Source: Bacillota bacterium (lineage in GTDB: Bacteria; Bacillota; Sulfobacillia; Sulfobacillales; Sulfobacillaceae). Taken from it: 64,000 bases of DNA. Positions 27,544 to 36,348 of this stretch are shown here, piece by piece (the first letter of the stretch is position 1; every line of letters begins with the position of its first letter). The stretch spans positions 6 through 64,005 of the forward strand of contig JAJYHT010000031.1 of NCBI GenBank assembly GCA_021784595.1, given 5' to 3'. A program made the translations under genes and the position numbers. The notes beneath the pieces are model-generated. The model worked only from the letters and a program-made list of their open reading frames with translations, was not told where the DNA came from and did no database searches.

Positions 27544-28716
27544 TCATGGCATGAGGGGCAGCCAACCGGAAAAGATTTTATAGGCGTGGTTAAAGCAGGC
27601 TTTAGCCAGCGCGGATGAGATCCCGACATGTACCAATTCATGCGACCCTCCATAAAGCCAATCGCTCAGGGTTAATAATCCGCGACCGTAGCCCAGCCAG
27701 CCCACGTGAAGCACATAGGGACGCAATGGGGATGGCCTTTTTCGCTGTTGCACCGCGTAAAAATGGTGGACGGCGGTACGGGCCTGCAGCATGGCCATAT
27801 GTCCGATTTTAGGAAGGGCGGTGGTGCTGATGTCACCCACCGCATAAATATTGGGCCAGGTTCGGTGAGCCCCGTATTGATCGACAGGAATCCATCCATA
27901 TCCGTCATCAATTCCGCTGATGCGTGCTAACCGGGAACCCGGGTAGGGCGGAACCCAAATCATCTTTTCGGATGACAATGGCTTTCGATCGGTAAAGTAA
28001 ATGGCCGAATGACTAACCCGCTCATAGTGTGCATCCGTGACAAGATTAATCTTGCGCTTACAAAGTTCCGTAGCCAAAATCTCTTGGCTTTTGGGCCCCA
28101 AAAATTCACCGGGCACGGGTGCGGGTGTGACCACGGTTATGCTTACGTGGTCGCGCCGTCGTTGTTTTCTGAACCAGGCATCCAAAAGGAAACTGACTTC
28201 GAGTCCGGGTGCGTCCAATGAGCCCACCAGGTGCGGACGATCGGCTGGTGACTGTAGCAATGGACCGATCGCAATCACCAGCGAATGAAAGGGCTGTTGG
28301 ACGCGGTCCCCGGTTTCGCGCGCCAGATAATCCTCGCATACCCCACCATGCTCTGGACCCAGTCCAGGTATGGTCCGCCAACCCTGATCGCTCCCGGTCG
28401 CCACAAAGAGCGTGTCATAGGGCAGTGGAGGATGGCTGGCCAGATAGACGTGTTGCTGTTGCGGATCGATGCGGAAAATGCTGTCGCGGACAAAGTGTTG
28501 TCCTGCCTTCTCGCATCGCCGTTTCATAGCAATATGCCATTGGTCCGCTATGATAGGATGTCCGGCTGCCGCCATTACCAGCGATGGCCTGTAGGTCATA
28601 ACGGTCCACTGGTCTACGACCGTGACCGTTATCTCATGTTGGGAGAAGAGCTTATTGATCCAATAAGATACGGCCGAGCCGGCAAAACGCGCACCGAGAA
28701 TCACCACCTTATGCAT
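27544..28716 (-). CDS. SQR-like FAD-dependent oxidoreductase (type V-like N-terminus), lacking both expected redox cysteines
   Basis: VVILGARFAGSA, GGVCEDY, NIYAVGD. The expected Cys positions read VGSLDAPGLE and LHVGWLGYG. The start overlaps the upstream stop by 8 nt (ATGCATAA). Confidence 0.8.
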   Translation of the reverse strand: MHKVVILGARFAGSAVSYWINKLFSQHEITVTVVDQWTVMTYRPSLVMAAAGHPIIADQWHIAMKRRCEKAGQHFVRDSIFRIDPQQQHVYLASHPPLPYDTLFVATGSDQGWRTIPGLGPEHGGVCEDYLARETGDRVQQPFHSLVIAIGPLLQSPADRPHLVGSLDAPGLEVSFLLDAWFRKQRRRDHVSITVVTPAPVPGEFLGPKSQEILATELCKRKINLVTDAHYERVSHSAIYFTDRKPLSSEKMIWVPPYPGSRLARISGIDDGYGWIPVDQYGAHRTWPNIYAVGDISTTALPKIGHMAMLQARTAVHHFYAVQQRKRPSPLRPYVLHVGWLGYGRGLLTLSDWLYGGSHELVHVGISSALAKACFNHAYKIFSGWLPLMP

Positions 28717-30091
28717 GGCGTGAGTCTACCGCTTGTGGTTGCAGCAGAGTCACCTGGCGCTGAAGGCTAGAAATGAGACGTTGATATTCATCGATCAAAG
28801 CGGTCAATTGGACGGCCAGGCGTCCTTGGGAGGGAGGCTGCGCGGCGGGAATTCCCAATAGTCCGGCGGCTTGATTGGTTCGCGCATAGAGCACGCTCCG
28901 GTCGAGGTCCCCAAGGTCCTCGAGTCCTAAGGATTGCAGGATGACGCGCATATTCTTGGCAGTCGCATCGAACCACCGAGAACCCTGTAGCGCCATCTGT
29001 CCAATGTCGAGAGACGCTTCATTTTCTTGGTTCACCGCCCAGGGCAGGTGGGGACCAATATTGACGGCGTTGGCACCTAATGCCAACAGCTTGACAATGT
29101 CGGCTGCACTTACGATGCCGCCTGAGGCGATAAGGCTAATGTGGGACATGGCGTGCTGATCGATCCAGTCGCGGGCTCGTTTGATAGCGATGGCAGTGGG
29201 GATGCCAAACTGGTCAGACAGGTCTGAATTGCGTTGAGCCTCTGAGCCAGTGACCGTAATGAAATCGGGCGCCCATTGGATTACTGCTGCGAGATCAGTT
29301 TCCAAATGCTGGCTGGCCAGGATCTTTACGCCCACGGGAATGTCCGGATTCCCTCGGCGCAACTGGGACAACAACTGTGGCAGGGAAGAGGCACCCAGGC
29401 CAATAGGGCGTTGATGGGCTGACCAGCGTTTCACACGGAGCGGCAGTCGCTTGTGATTTTTCGCTGGCGTAGTCTTACGACTTTTTTGACCTAGGGAGAC
29501 CTCGGCCATGTCCGCCAGTTGAATCATTTCTCGGCTGGGTCCAGGCTGTCCGAGGTGCCATTGCAGGATCCAGTGTTCGGCATAGGCTCGCTGTGCTGGA
29601 AGGTAGGGGCCTGGCCCCGAAACGACGGCGGACCCTGCAACGCTGGAGATTTGAGCCAAAGCGAGTTTGGCGTCGATAGGAGATCCCATGCTATGGTAGG
29701 GCGCAATAAGCAGTGCAGGTAAGCTAAGGGCCAGCGGACGGCGAGCGCGTGATCCGATAATGGTGGACAGAGAAATCTCCTGAATCTGAGGAGCGGCTTT
29801 GGGATGGAGCGTTGCGGGATCAAAAGCCACTTGGTCGAGCAATGTCCGCCATGGCACTAAGGAGTTGATGGGTTTTAAATGGGTTCTGGATTCGGTTTGC
29901 CATGGGGCGACGTGTACTGTAACCAAAAGATCGTTTAAATTGATCCGAGACCATGACACCGCGAGGCGCTTCATGTTTGGGATGAGAAATCGTGTTGCCA
30001 AAAGTAAAGTGGTGAGGGCCGTTACCAAGCCTGTGATGGCGCCAACTGCCAAAGCCTCTAAAAGCGACACGTCCGCATTCCCCCATTGCAT
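28709..30091 (-). CDS. membrane-anchored FMN glutamate synthase family protein, second and more degenerate copy
   Basis: Paralog of 19060-20514 with the same TM-plus-barrel layout (IASGGIVSAADIVKLLALGANA). The GltS GxxGGTGA block reads TGSEAQRNSD. The start is uncertain: ATG 30091, or TTG 30133 as in the track. Confidence 0.75.
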   Translation of the reverse strand: MQWGNADVSLLEALAVGAITGLVTALTTLLLATRFLIPNMKRLAVSWSRINLNDLLVTVHVAPWQTESRTHLKPINSLVPWRTLLDQVAFDPATLHPKAAPQIQEISLSTIIGSRARRPLALSLPALLIAPYHSMGSPIDAKLALAQISSVAGSAVVSGPGPYLPAQRAYAEHWILQWHLGQPGPSREMIQLADMAEVSLGQKSRKTTPAKNHKRLPLRVKRWSAHQRPIGLGASSLPQLLSQLRRGNPDIPVGVKILASQHLETDLAAVIQWAPDFITVTGSEAQRNSDLSDQFGIPTAIAIKRARDWIDQHAMSHISLIASGGIVSAADIVKLLALGANAVNIGPHLPWAVNQENEASLDIGQMALQGSRWFDATAKNMRVILQSLGLEDLGDLDRSVLYARTNQAAGLLGIPAAQPPSQGRLAVQLTALIDEYQRLISSLQRQVTLLQPQAVDSRHA

Positions 30092-30193
30092 CAACACACC
30101 ATAGGGTTTGCCCAATTTACCCAGTTTATGCAATGTCGGCCTTCTTGCACAATTGGCCCGGTCGCTCTCTGGGATGGAGCGACCGGTTATTTC

Positions 30194-31348
30194 CTAAGGA
30201 TTCAGCTTGGACATGGAAATGCCCCACTGCTTAAACAACGGGGTGTGCACGAACGCATAGGCCAAGGCAGACTTGGCCAGTGGCCACTTACGTCCTACAC
30301 GCAGGTCTTGGTGTTGTTTGGACCATAAAGAGCGCCGCACGAATAAGCCCTGGCCTTTGCCGAGATCCAGCACACAACTCATTTCGTGGTCATATTCTTG
30401 TCGTGGCGCGGAGGAGTCGTTAAGTTCCAATGCGAGATTGTGCGCAGCCACTTCCGATTGCAACATGGCGGTATGCGCTTGTTTTGGTCCCTCAAAGGCG
30501 ACCGCGCTGCCTGTTACATAGACATCAGGATACTGGACGGAACGCATGTCTTTTTCCGTTTGAAGCCAACCGCGGCTTTCGGTTCCCGCGAGTCTGGATT
30601 GAGCGTCTTCGCCGCGAAATGGCGGGGTCACGACCGTGAGCACTGAAGGCAGAACTTGCCCGTCTTTTAAGATGACGCGATCAGCCTGCACCTCTTTCAC
30701 TTGGACCGGACCAAACCGAGTAATCCCACGTTCGGAGAAAATCCTGGTGAGCACTTTGGTGGCCTCAGGTCCAGCGGGAGCCCAGAGCGAAGGTAGGGGA
30801 TCGATGAACTGAATTTTGCCCTCCAGATGATGATGTCTCAACCAAGCTTCGAGTTCTAAGGCCACTTCGAAGGCAGGACCGCCAGTTTGCACAAACTGGG
30901 ACCACCCCACTACAATCGGCCCGCCTTTAAAATGTTCTAGCGCAGATTTCAAAGCTAAGGCGCCGTCGACAGAGCAGACGTTGTAACCATATTGGTTAAG
31001 ACCGGGGATCTCGTCGTAGTTGAGTTTTTCCCCTAACGCAACGATTAGCTTATCATACGTTAAGGAGCCATCGGAGGTGGCGATCATTTTGGAATCGGGA
31101 TCGATGGATTCAATGGTGGTGTGCACAAAGTCAATGCCGACCTTGCGATATATGGGCGCTAAATCGAAAGTAATCGATTGCGGCGACTTTTTTCCAAAAG
31201 CCACCAAAACCAAACTGGGACGGTAAATAAAGACCGGATCCCGAGAAATGACCGTAATGCGATGGTCGGTATTTTTCAATTGCTTCTTTAGTTGCAGGGC
31301 TGCTGTCAGTCCTCCAAATCCGCTTCCCGCAATCACTATATGAGCCAC
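30194..31348 (-). CDS. SQR-like NAD(P)/FAD-dependent oxidoreductase
   Basis: HIVIAGSGFGGLT, NVCSVDG, MSCVLDLG, VYVTGSA. The middle Cys position reads VQTGGPAFE. Start taken at GTG 31348 (AGGAGG 9 nt upstream). The alternative ATG 31366 has no RBS. Confidence 0.8.
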   Translation of the reverse strand: MAHIVIAGSGFGGLTAALQLKKQLKNTDHRITVISRDPVFIYRPSLVLVAFGKKSPQSITFDLAPIYRKVGIDFVHTTIESIDPDSKMIATSDGSLTYDKLIVALGEKLNYDEIPGLNQYGYNVCSVDGALALKSALEHFKGGPIVVGWSQFVQTGGPAFEVALELEAWLRHHHLEGKIQFIDPLPSLWAPAGPEATKVLTRIFSERGITRFGPVQVKEVQADRVILKDGQVLPSVLTVVTPPFRGEDAQSRLAGTESRGWLQTEKDMRSVQYPDVYVTGSAVAFEGPKQAHTAMLQSEVAAHNLALELNDSSAPRQEYDHEMSCVLDLGKGQGLFVRRSLWSKQHQDLRVGRKWPLAKSALAYAFVHTPLFKQWGISMSKLNP

Positions 31349-31521
31349 TGGATTGGTCCTCCTCATGCGATAAATTTGCATCTGCAATAAATATAACGCT
31401 AAGCAGCACGCGAGACATCGGCCAAATGGCGCAAACAACCTTAGTTCAAAAGGATATGGTGTCTTTACGGCTGATGCCGATAAGTTAAGCAAATGGGTGA
31501 TTATCGGGTGAGTTTGATCGT

Positions 31522-32703
31522 CTAGGGCATAATGGGCAATGATCCGTGGCTCCAGACATAGCTGCGCTGAAAAGCGCGCTTAATCCAGGCGGGCCACAAC
31601 CCATGATACAAAATATCGGTTGTGCCGCCGTAGAACATGTTGGTTATCGAAAAGAGCGAGTGGGAGTCGCCCGTTTCCAACATCCATACCAAGTATGGAT
31701 GAAAAGGGGCTGGGAGCTTTCTGTGTTTTTGTTTGGCCAGCCAATGGTGGACTGCCACGCGTGACTGGACCATGGCTGAATGCCCCATCTTGGGCCAAGG
31801 ATGGCTGGTGCCGTCGCCGACCGCATAGATGTTGGGATAACGGACGTGATTCATGTAATTGTTGGTGGGAATCCAACCGTAGCCATCGTCGAGCTTGGTA
31901 TTGGTCAACCAGGAGGGGCCCTTCATGGGTGCAGTCCACACCGAACGGTCATAGGGAACGCGCTCTCCTTTGATAAAGATGTCATGATCGGTGACGCGTT
32001 CAAACTGGACGTTGGTATACACGGTAATATTGCGTTGCGCCATGAGCCGCGTTAGTTGTTGACGAACCCGTGGACTTGAGTTCTCGGCAAGCGAAGATCC
32101 TGCAGTCATTACACTAATTTGCGTTTTGGTGCGAAGCTGTTGCTTGACTAGCCATCGCTCGAATAAAAATGCGCTTTCCAGCAAGGGGCACTCGCAGCCT
32201 ACAGAAATTTTGGGTTCCCATTGAGGAGACCCTATAATCGGCCCGGCGGCAAACACAAAGTGACCTTGGGACCAGCTTTGCCTTTGCCATGCGGTGTGAC
32301 GGGCTTGATAGGCCTCGCAAACCCCGCCTCGGCGCGGACTAAGCCCAGCAATGCGATCCCAGCCTGGTTCGGTGCCGGTGGCCATAAAGAGGACATCATA
32401 CGATATGGGGGGCAGGGTCGCAGTGTAAACTTTTTGCTGGTCTGGATCGATTTGGACAATGATGTCTTGTATTGGGGTAATGCGGAGCTTCTTCCAATGA
32501 CTTGAAAGAGGCATCGTGACTTTTTTGGCAACATTTAAACCCGGTTGGTCCATAGCGTGAACCAATCCGGGTCGATACACCGCATCCTGCCAGCGATCCA
32601 CCACGGTGATATCCAATTCCTCAGCGGGATAAAGGCGGCGCAGCCAACTGGTAATCGCCAGGCCACCAAAGCGGGCTCCCAAAACTACGGCATGCGTTTT
32701 CAT
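31522..32703 (-). CDS. SQR-like FAD-dependent oxidoreductase, paralog of 27544-28716
   Basis: VVLGARFGGLA, GGVCEAY, VGCECPLLES, NIYAVGDG, and the shared C-terminus GSLPIMP. GGGGGAGGG RBS before ATG 32703. Confidence 0.8.
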   Translation of the reverse strand: MKTHAVVLGARFGGLAITSWLRRLYPAEELDITVVDRWQDAVYRPGLVHAMDQPGLNVAKKVTMPLSSHWKKLRITPIQDIIVQIDPDQQKVYTATLPPISYDVLFMATGTEPGWDRIAGLSPRRGGVCEAYQARHTAWQRQSWSQGHFVFAAGPIIGSPQWEPKISVGCECPLLESAFLFERWLVKQQLRTKTQISVMTAGSSLAENSSPRVRQQLTRLMAQRNITVYTNVQFERVTDHDIFIKGERVPYDRSVWTAPMKGPSWLTNTKLDDGYGWIPTNNYMNHVRYPNIYAVGDGTSHPWPKMGHSAMVQSRVAVHHWLAKQKHRKLPAPFHPYLVWMLETGDSHSLFSITNMFYGGTTDILYHGLWPAWIKRAFQRSYVWSHGSLPIMP

Positions 32704-33126
32704 CAATCGGCCCTCCCCCTAACCTTGGTATGGTCGTTTGGGAATGCGATTATACGCACGGGATTAGAGGGCGAACAAATTTTTGGGCATCCGTAGGTGT
32801 GTTGCGAAGACGCACGGCTTGGGCCAGGCATGAGCGTGACCGCAAAAGGCTCCGTCAGACGAGACCAGGTGGATGCTCGGGAGTTGAACGTCAGTGGGCC
32901 TCGGACGAGGGTGACGAAAAGATAAAGACGTCATCAAAACCGGGGTCCTAAAAGTGCCGCGGGGGATCAGTGGAGTGTAGACCCCGGAAGTCCGCGAAGG
33001 GACGGGCAAAGTCCAGGAGATCCTGGTCGGTCTGCCGTCGACTCCTTCTCAGTGCGTAACTGGCTTGCTCCATCCGTCGTTATTCAAGAGAGGGGATCAT
33101 ACGGCTTCAGAGGATAAGGTGACATC

Positions 33127-33696
33127 ATGATGAGACAACATTTTTTAATCGGTGTGGGCGTGGCTCTCGGCATGCTCGGGCTAGCGGGGTGTGGGGCCAA
33201 TCATCTGGCAACCCCGCCGTCCCTGCAGACCCACTCCTCCGTTTCCCAGTCCATCGAGACGCATAACCACTCTGGACGCACCACGGTCCAACCATTTGCT
33301 GGCACCGCATACTTTGTCCCTCACCTTTCCACGTCCTTGCCAGCCCCCTATCAGAAGGCGCAGATTCTTTATGGGTGGGTAGGGCATCTTCGCGGCAAAC
33401 CGTTCACCCTGGCCATGTGGAATGCGGGCTTCGCTCAAGGATTTACCCTGTTCTACGACCATAAAGTCATCTCGAAAACTCCGGGTGTCACTGACATCTT
33501 TTGTTTTACTGGGAACTGGTTCTTGTGGCAAGACGGGGCGATGGCGGAAGGGGGCGCGATGAATATGGTGACCGGACAAGTGCTAAATCCTAATTTCTCG
33601 GCTCGACAAGGACATAAATGGAAACAACTCTGCCCGGTGTCCCCTCAAAGCGTCACCTATGTGCTGGGATTGCCGCAGCATTATTCGTTTCACTGA
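33127..33696 (+). CDS. hypothetical lipoprotein
   Basis: Signal peptide plus lipobox (GVALGMLGLAGCGAN). 189 aa. No family recognised. Confidence 0.6.
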   Translation: MMRQHFLIGVGVALGMLGLAGCGANHLATPPSLQTHSSVSQSIETHNHSGRTTVQPFAGTAYFVPHLSTSLPAPYQKAQILYGWVGHLRGKPFTLAMWNAGFAQGFTLFYDHKVISKTPGVTDIFCFTGNWFLWQDGAMAEGGAMNMVTGQVLNPNFSARQGHKWKQLCPVSPQSVTYVLGLPQHYSFH

Positions 33697-34228
33697 CTGC
33701 ATGCTGCGCCATGCCGCCACCGAGAGACAAGACGGCAATGGCGCCGGGGCGATAGCGGCCGTGCTCCATACTGTCCGTGCGAACGCGTTGCCCCTCACGA
33801 CCCGTTGTTTCACATTGCCGCCCTTAGCTGGCGCAGCACAAAACTTACTTCCCATTGCCATGCATTTTCTCCGACATACTCTGAGTCCACCATCGAATCG
33901 GCAAACCTAAATATTGTTGCCGGTGAAGAGTTGATGGCAGGGGATTGCGCAGAAATATTTAGCCCCGTGCATCCCGATATAGTGGCCTGGCAGCAGCTAT
34001 TCCCCTATCAGGTGCCATGGAGTTGGAAACCGCGGTGGATGCGCCGGGGCACATCTTGTGGGACAAAAGCGTCTTGGATCGGTGGGACGTGGCAATGTGC
34101 TGTTTCAAGCCACACTCCTGTTAGAGTAGCATGTAGAAGAACTGGCTCACTTGAGGATAGGATCCTACAGTAGCCAAATACGTGATTATTGTTACAATCA
34201 ATATTGACATTACCTGGAGGGCAGAGTC

Positions 34229-34507
34229 ATGAAAGTGTCATCTCGCAGCGCAGTTAAAACCGCGGAGACAATGGTCAAGAGACTTAAGCCGGGAAACCAA
34301 TTGTCGATTGTTAACTTTAAGAAAGACCGCAGTGTTCGTGTTGTTCGCGATTCCGATGGCGGGCTACTAGTGGTAGAGGATGGGTTTCGCCAGGTATCGC
34401 AAAAGACAGACGACATGGCGGTAGGCAATATCCTCAAAGAAGCCATCCATTATGAATTCCCCCGCAGCCATGAATTGGGGTTTTCTGTGAAACACGTACC
34501 CAATTAG
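34229..34507 (+). CDS. hypothetical small protein (92 aa)
   Basis: GGAGGG RBS 7 nt upstream of the ATG. Charged, soluble-looking sequence. No family recognised. Confidence 0.45.
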   Translation: MKVSSRSAVKTAETMVKRLKPGNQLSIVNFKKDRSVRVVRDSDGGLLVVEDGFRQVSQKTDDMAVGNILKEAIHYEFPRSHELGFSVKHVPN

Positions 34508-34718
34508 GGTAAAAATATGGGAATACCCTGCTGCAAATGCTTTGATCTACTTTGCCTGGCTAAACTTGCTTGCCAATTGGCACTCTCGTGGTATCCGAGG
34601 ACTCCGCGCCATTGATGCAGTGGATGGTGAAAACCACCGCGCATCATACTCTTTATTGAGAGTGATCCAAATCTGTCCATTGGAACGTCTTTAATCATAG
34701 ACGAACTAAGGGGGGCAG

Positions 34719-35657
34719 GTGTCTGTGTCAGCACCCGAATTATTGGTGAATGATTTATCTTATGGTATCGGCAAGAAAACTATTCTCAAGCATATCAACC
34801 TCTGCCTCAGTGGAGGCATTTTTGGCTTATTAGGTGCTAACGGGGCGGGAAAATCCACCTTGTTGAAGATTATGGCGACGGTTATGCAACCGACACACGG
34901 TGAAATACGGGTTGACCAGTGGCAGCGGCCCCATGATGATCGCCAGATCCGCCGCATGTTGGGCTATGTGCCACAACAGTATGGTTTGTTAGAACATCTT
35001 ACGATTCAGGAGTACCTGCATTATGCGGCTATTATGAAAGGCACTGTCCACAATCCGGGTGTAGTCCGGCAGGTCAGTGCCTGGATGGGATTGGGAGAGT
35101 GGTTTAATACGCGGATTGCCCAACTCTCCGGAGGAACCAAGCAGAGGGTGGGCATTGCCCAGGCGCTTTTGGGCACACCGCCCCTTTTGATTTTGGATGA
35201 GCCGACTGCAGGATTGGATCCTGGTGAGCGTGTGCATTTAAAAAACCTCTTGCAGCAGTGGTCGTCTACCACCACCATCGTGTTGTCCACCCATATTGTG
35301 TCCGATATCGAAGGACTCGCCGATACCGTGGGAATCTTGGATCATGGGCAGTTGTTGGCAGAAGGCTCAGTGCCTTCCATTGTCCGTAAAGCTGATGGCT
35401 TAGTGTTTCAGCGGAGTTTTTCCCTTGCGGACTGGGAGCAAGAAGCCGATCGATGGATGATTCGCCCCAATGCCATGCGATCGGTTAAGCGTGTTGTGGT
35501 GCGGATTGCATCATCTGGTAAAACCGTTACGGTACGCTACTTAACAAGGGATCCCGACGAGCACTCTGCCATGGCATCCCCGGATCTCGAAGATGGATAC
35601 CTGGCATTGGTGAATTTTCCAGAACTGAGGGATACCGATGCAACGTTTGCAGAGTGA
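34719..35657 (+). CDS. ABC transporter ATP-binding protein (ABC-2/DrrA-like)
   Basis: Walker A GANGAGKST, signature LSGGTKQRV, Walker B LILDEPTAGLD, H-loop STH. ~90-aa C-terminal extension. The start may be GTG 34725. Confidence 0.9.
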   Translation: MSVSAPELLVNDLSYGIGKKTILKHINLCLSGGIFGLLGANGAGKSTLLKIMATVMQPTHGEIRVDQWQRPHDDRQIRRMLGYVPQQYGLLEHLTIQEYLHYAAIMKGTVHNPGVVRQVSAWMGLGEWFNTRIAQLSGGTKQRVGIAQALLGTPPLLILDEPTAGLDPGERVHLKNLLQQWSSTTTIVLSTHIVSDIEGLADTVGILDHGQLLAEGSVPSIVRKADGLVFQRSFSLADWEQEADRWMIRPNAMRSVKRVVVRIASSGKTVTVRYLTRDPDEHSAMASPDLEDGYLALVNFPELRDTDATFAE

Positions 35658-36348
35658 ATGGGCAAGAATCCCCAAAACCGCTTTATTGATAATCACTGGA
35701 GTAGTGATTCTATTAGCCATTGTGGCCATTATCAGCAAAGGCCAATTGCCGGTTCCTTATCCTAGTGCGCTAGATTCCCGGCACTATTGGATGACGGCAT
35801 CGGGATGGTATTTTGCCAATTTGTTGGGGTTGCTCGTGCCGCTATTGTCTTCACTGCCCGTGCTGGTCATGGAATCGGATGTTCTAGCTTCCCGCCGTGT
35901 TCTTTATTTAACTTACCCCATTTCGAGCTTGGGGCTTTTCCTATTGCGAATCGCTTCATGCTTAAGCTTTTCTGTGGGTTGGATCCTATTGGTAGAGATC
36001 ATCGCGAGGATCATGGGGTATTCATTTCATGCAGGGAGCGATGTGCTGTTAGTGATTCCTGACGTCCTATTCATCACCTTTGCGGTTTTGGCAGCGATAG
36101 AATGGACGACGGATTTATGGGCGGGATTGGTCGTCCTTGTTCTTGTGGCGGGCGTTGGGCTTGGGGTCCGCAATTTGCCCTTTCCCCATCCCCGTCGGGA
36201 CGAACTGGTGCTGTTTGCCGCTCGTGATCAAATGTGGTCTTGGCCGCTGCTAGAAAACCGGATCGTGGTCGCTCTTGCGTCCGTGTTGATAGCGGGTCTC
36301 GCAGTATGGGGATTTCATTGGCATCGTCGAAAGGGGAGCTACCAATGA
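35638..36348 (+). CDS. polytopic membrane protein (ABC-2-type permease candidate)
   Basis: 236 aa, about 6 hydrophobic segments. It overlaps both the upstream and the downstream gene. Confidence 0.6.
   Translation: MQRLQSEWARIPKTALLIITGVVILLAIVAIISKGQLPVPYPSALDSRHYWMTASGWYFANLLGLLVPLLSSLPVLVMESDVLASRRVLYLTYPISSLGLFLLRIASCLSFSVGWILLVEIIARIMGYSFHAGSDVLLVIPDVLFITFAVLAAIEWTTDLWAGLVVLVLVAGVGLGVRNLPFPHPRRDELVLFAARDQMWSWPLLENRIVVALASVLIAGLAVWGFHWHRRKGSYQ

Noticed and set aside
33583-34173. Overlapping ORFs (83-122 aa, both strands) in the gap after the lipoprotein gene, including a 35-aa Cys-rich ORF at 34017-34124 (MELETAVDAPGHILWDKSVLDRWDVAMCCFKPHSC)
   Set aside because: None has an RBS, they overlap one another, and the composition is Arg/Cys/Trp-rich. 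A RiPP-precursor reading is pure speculation without a nearby maturase.
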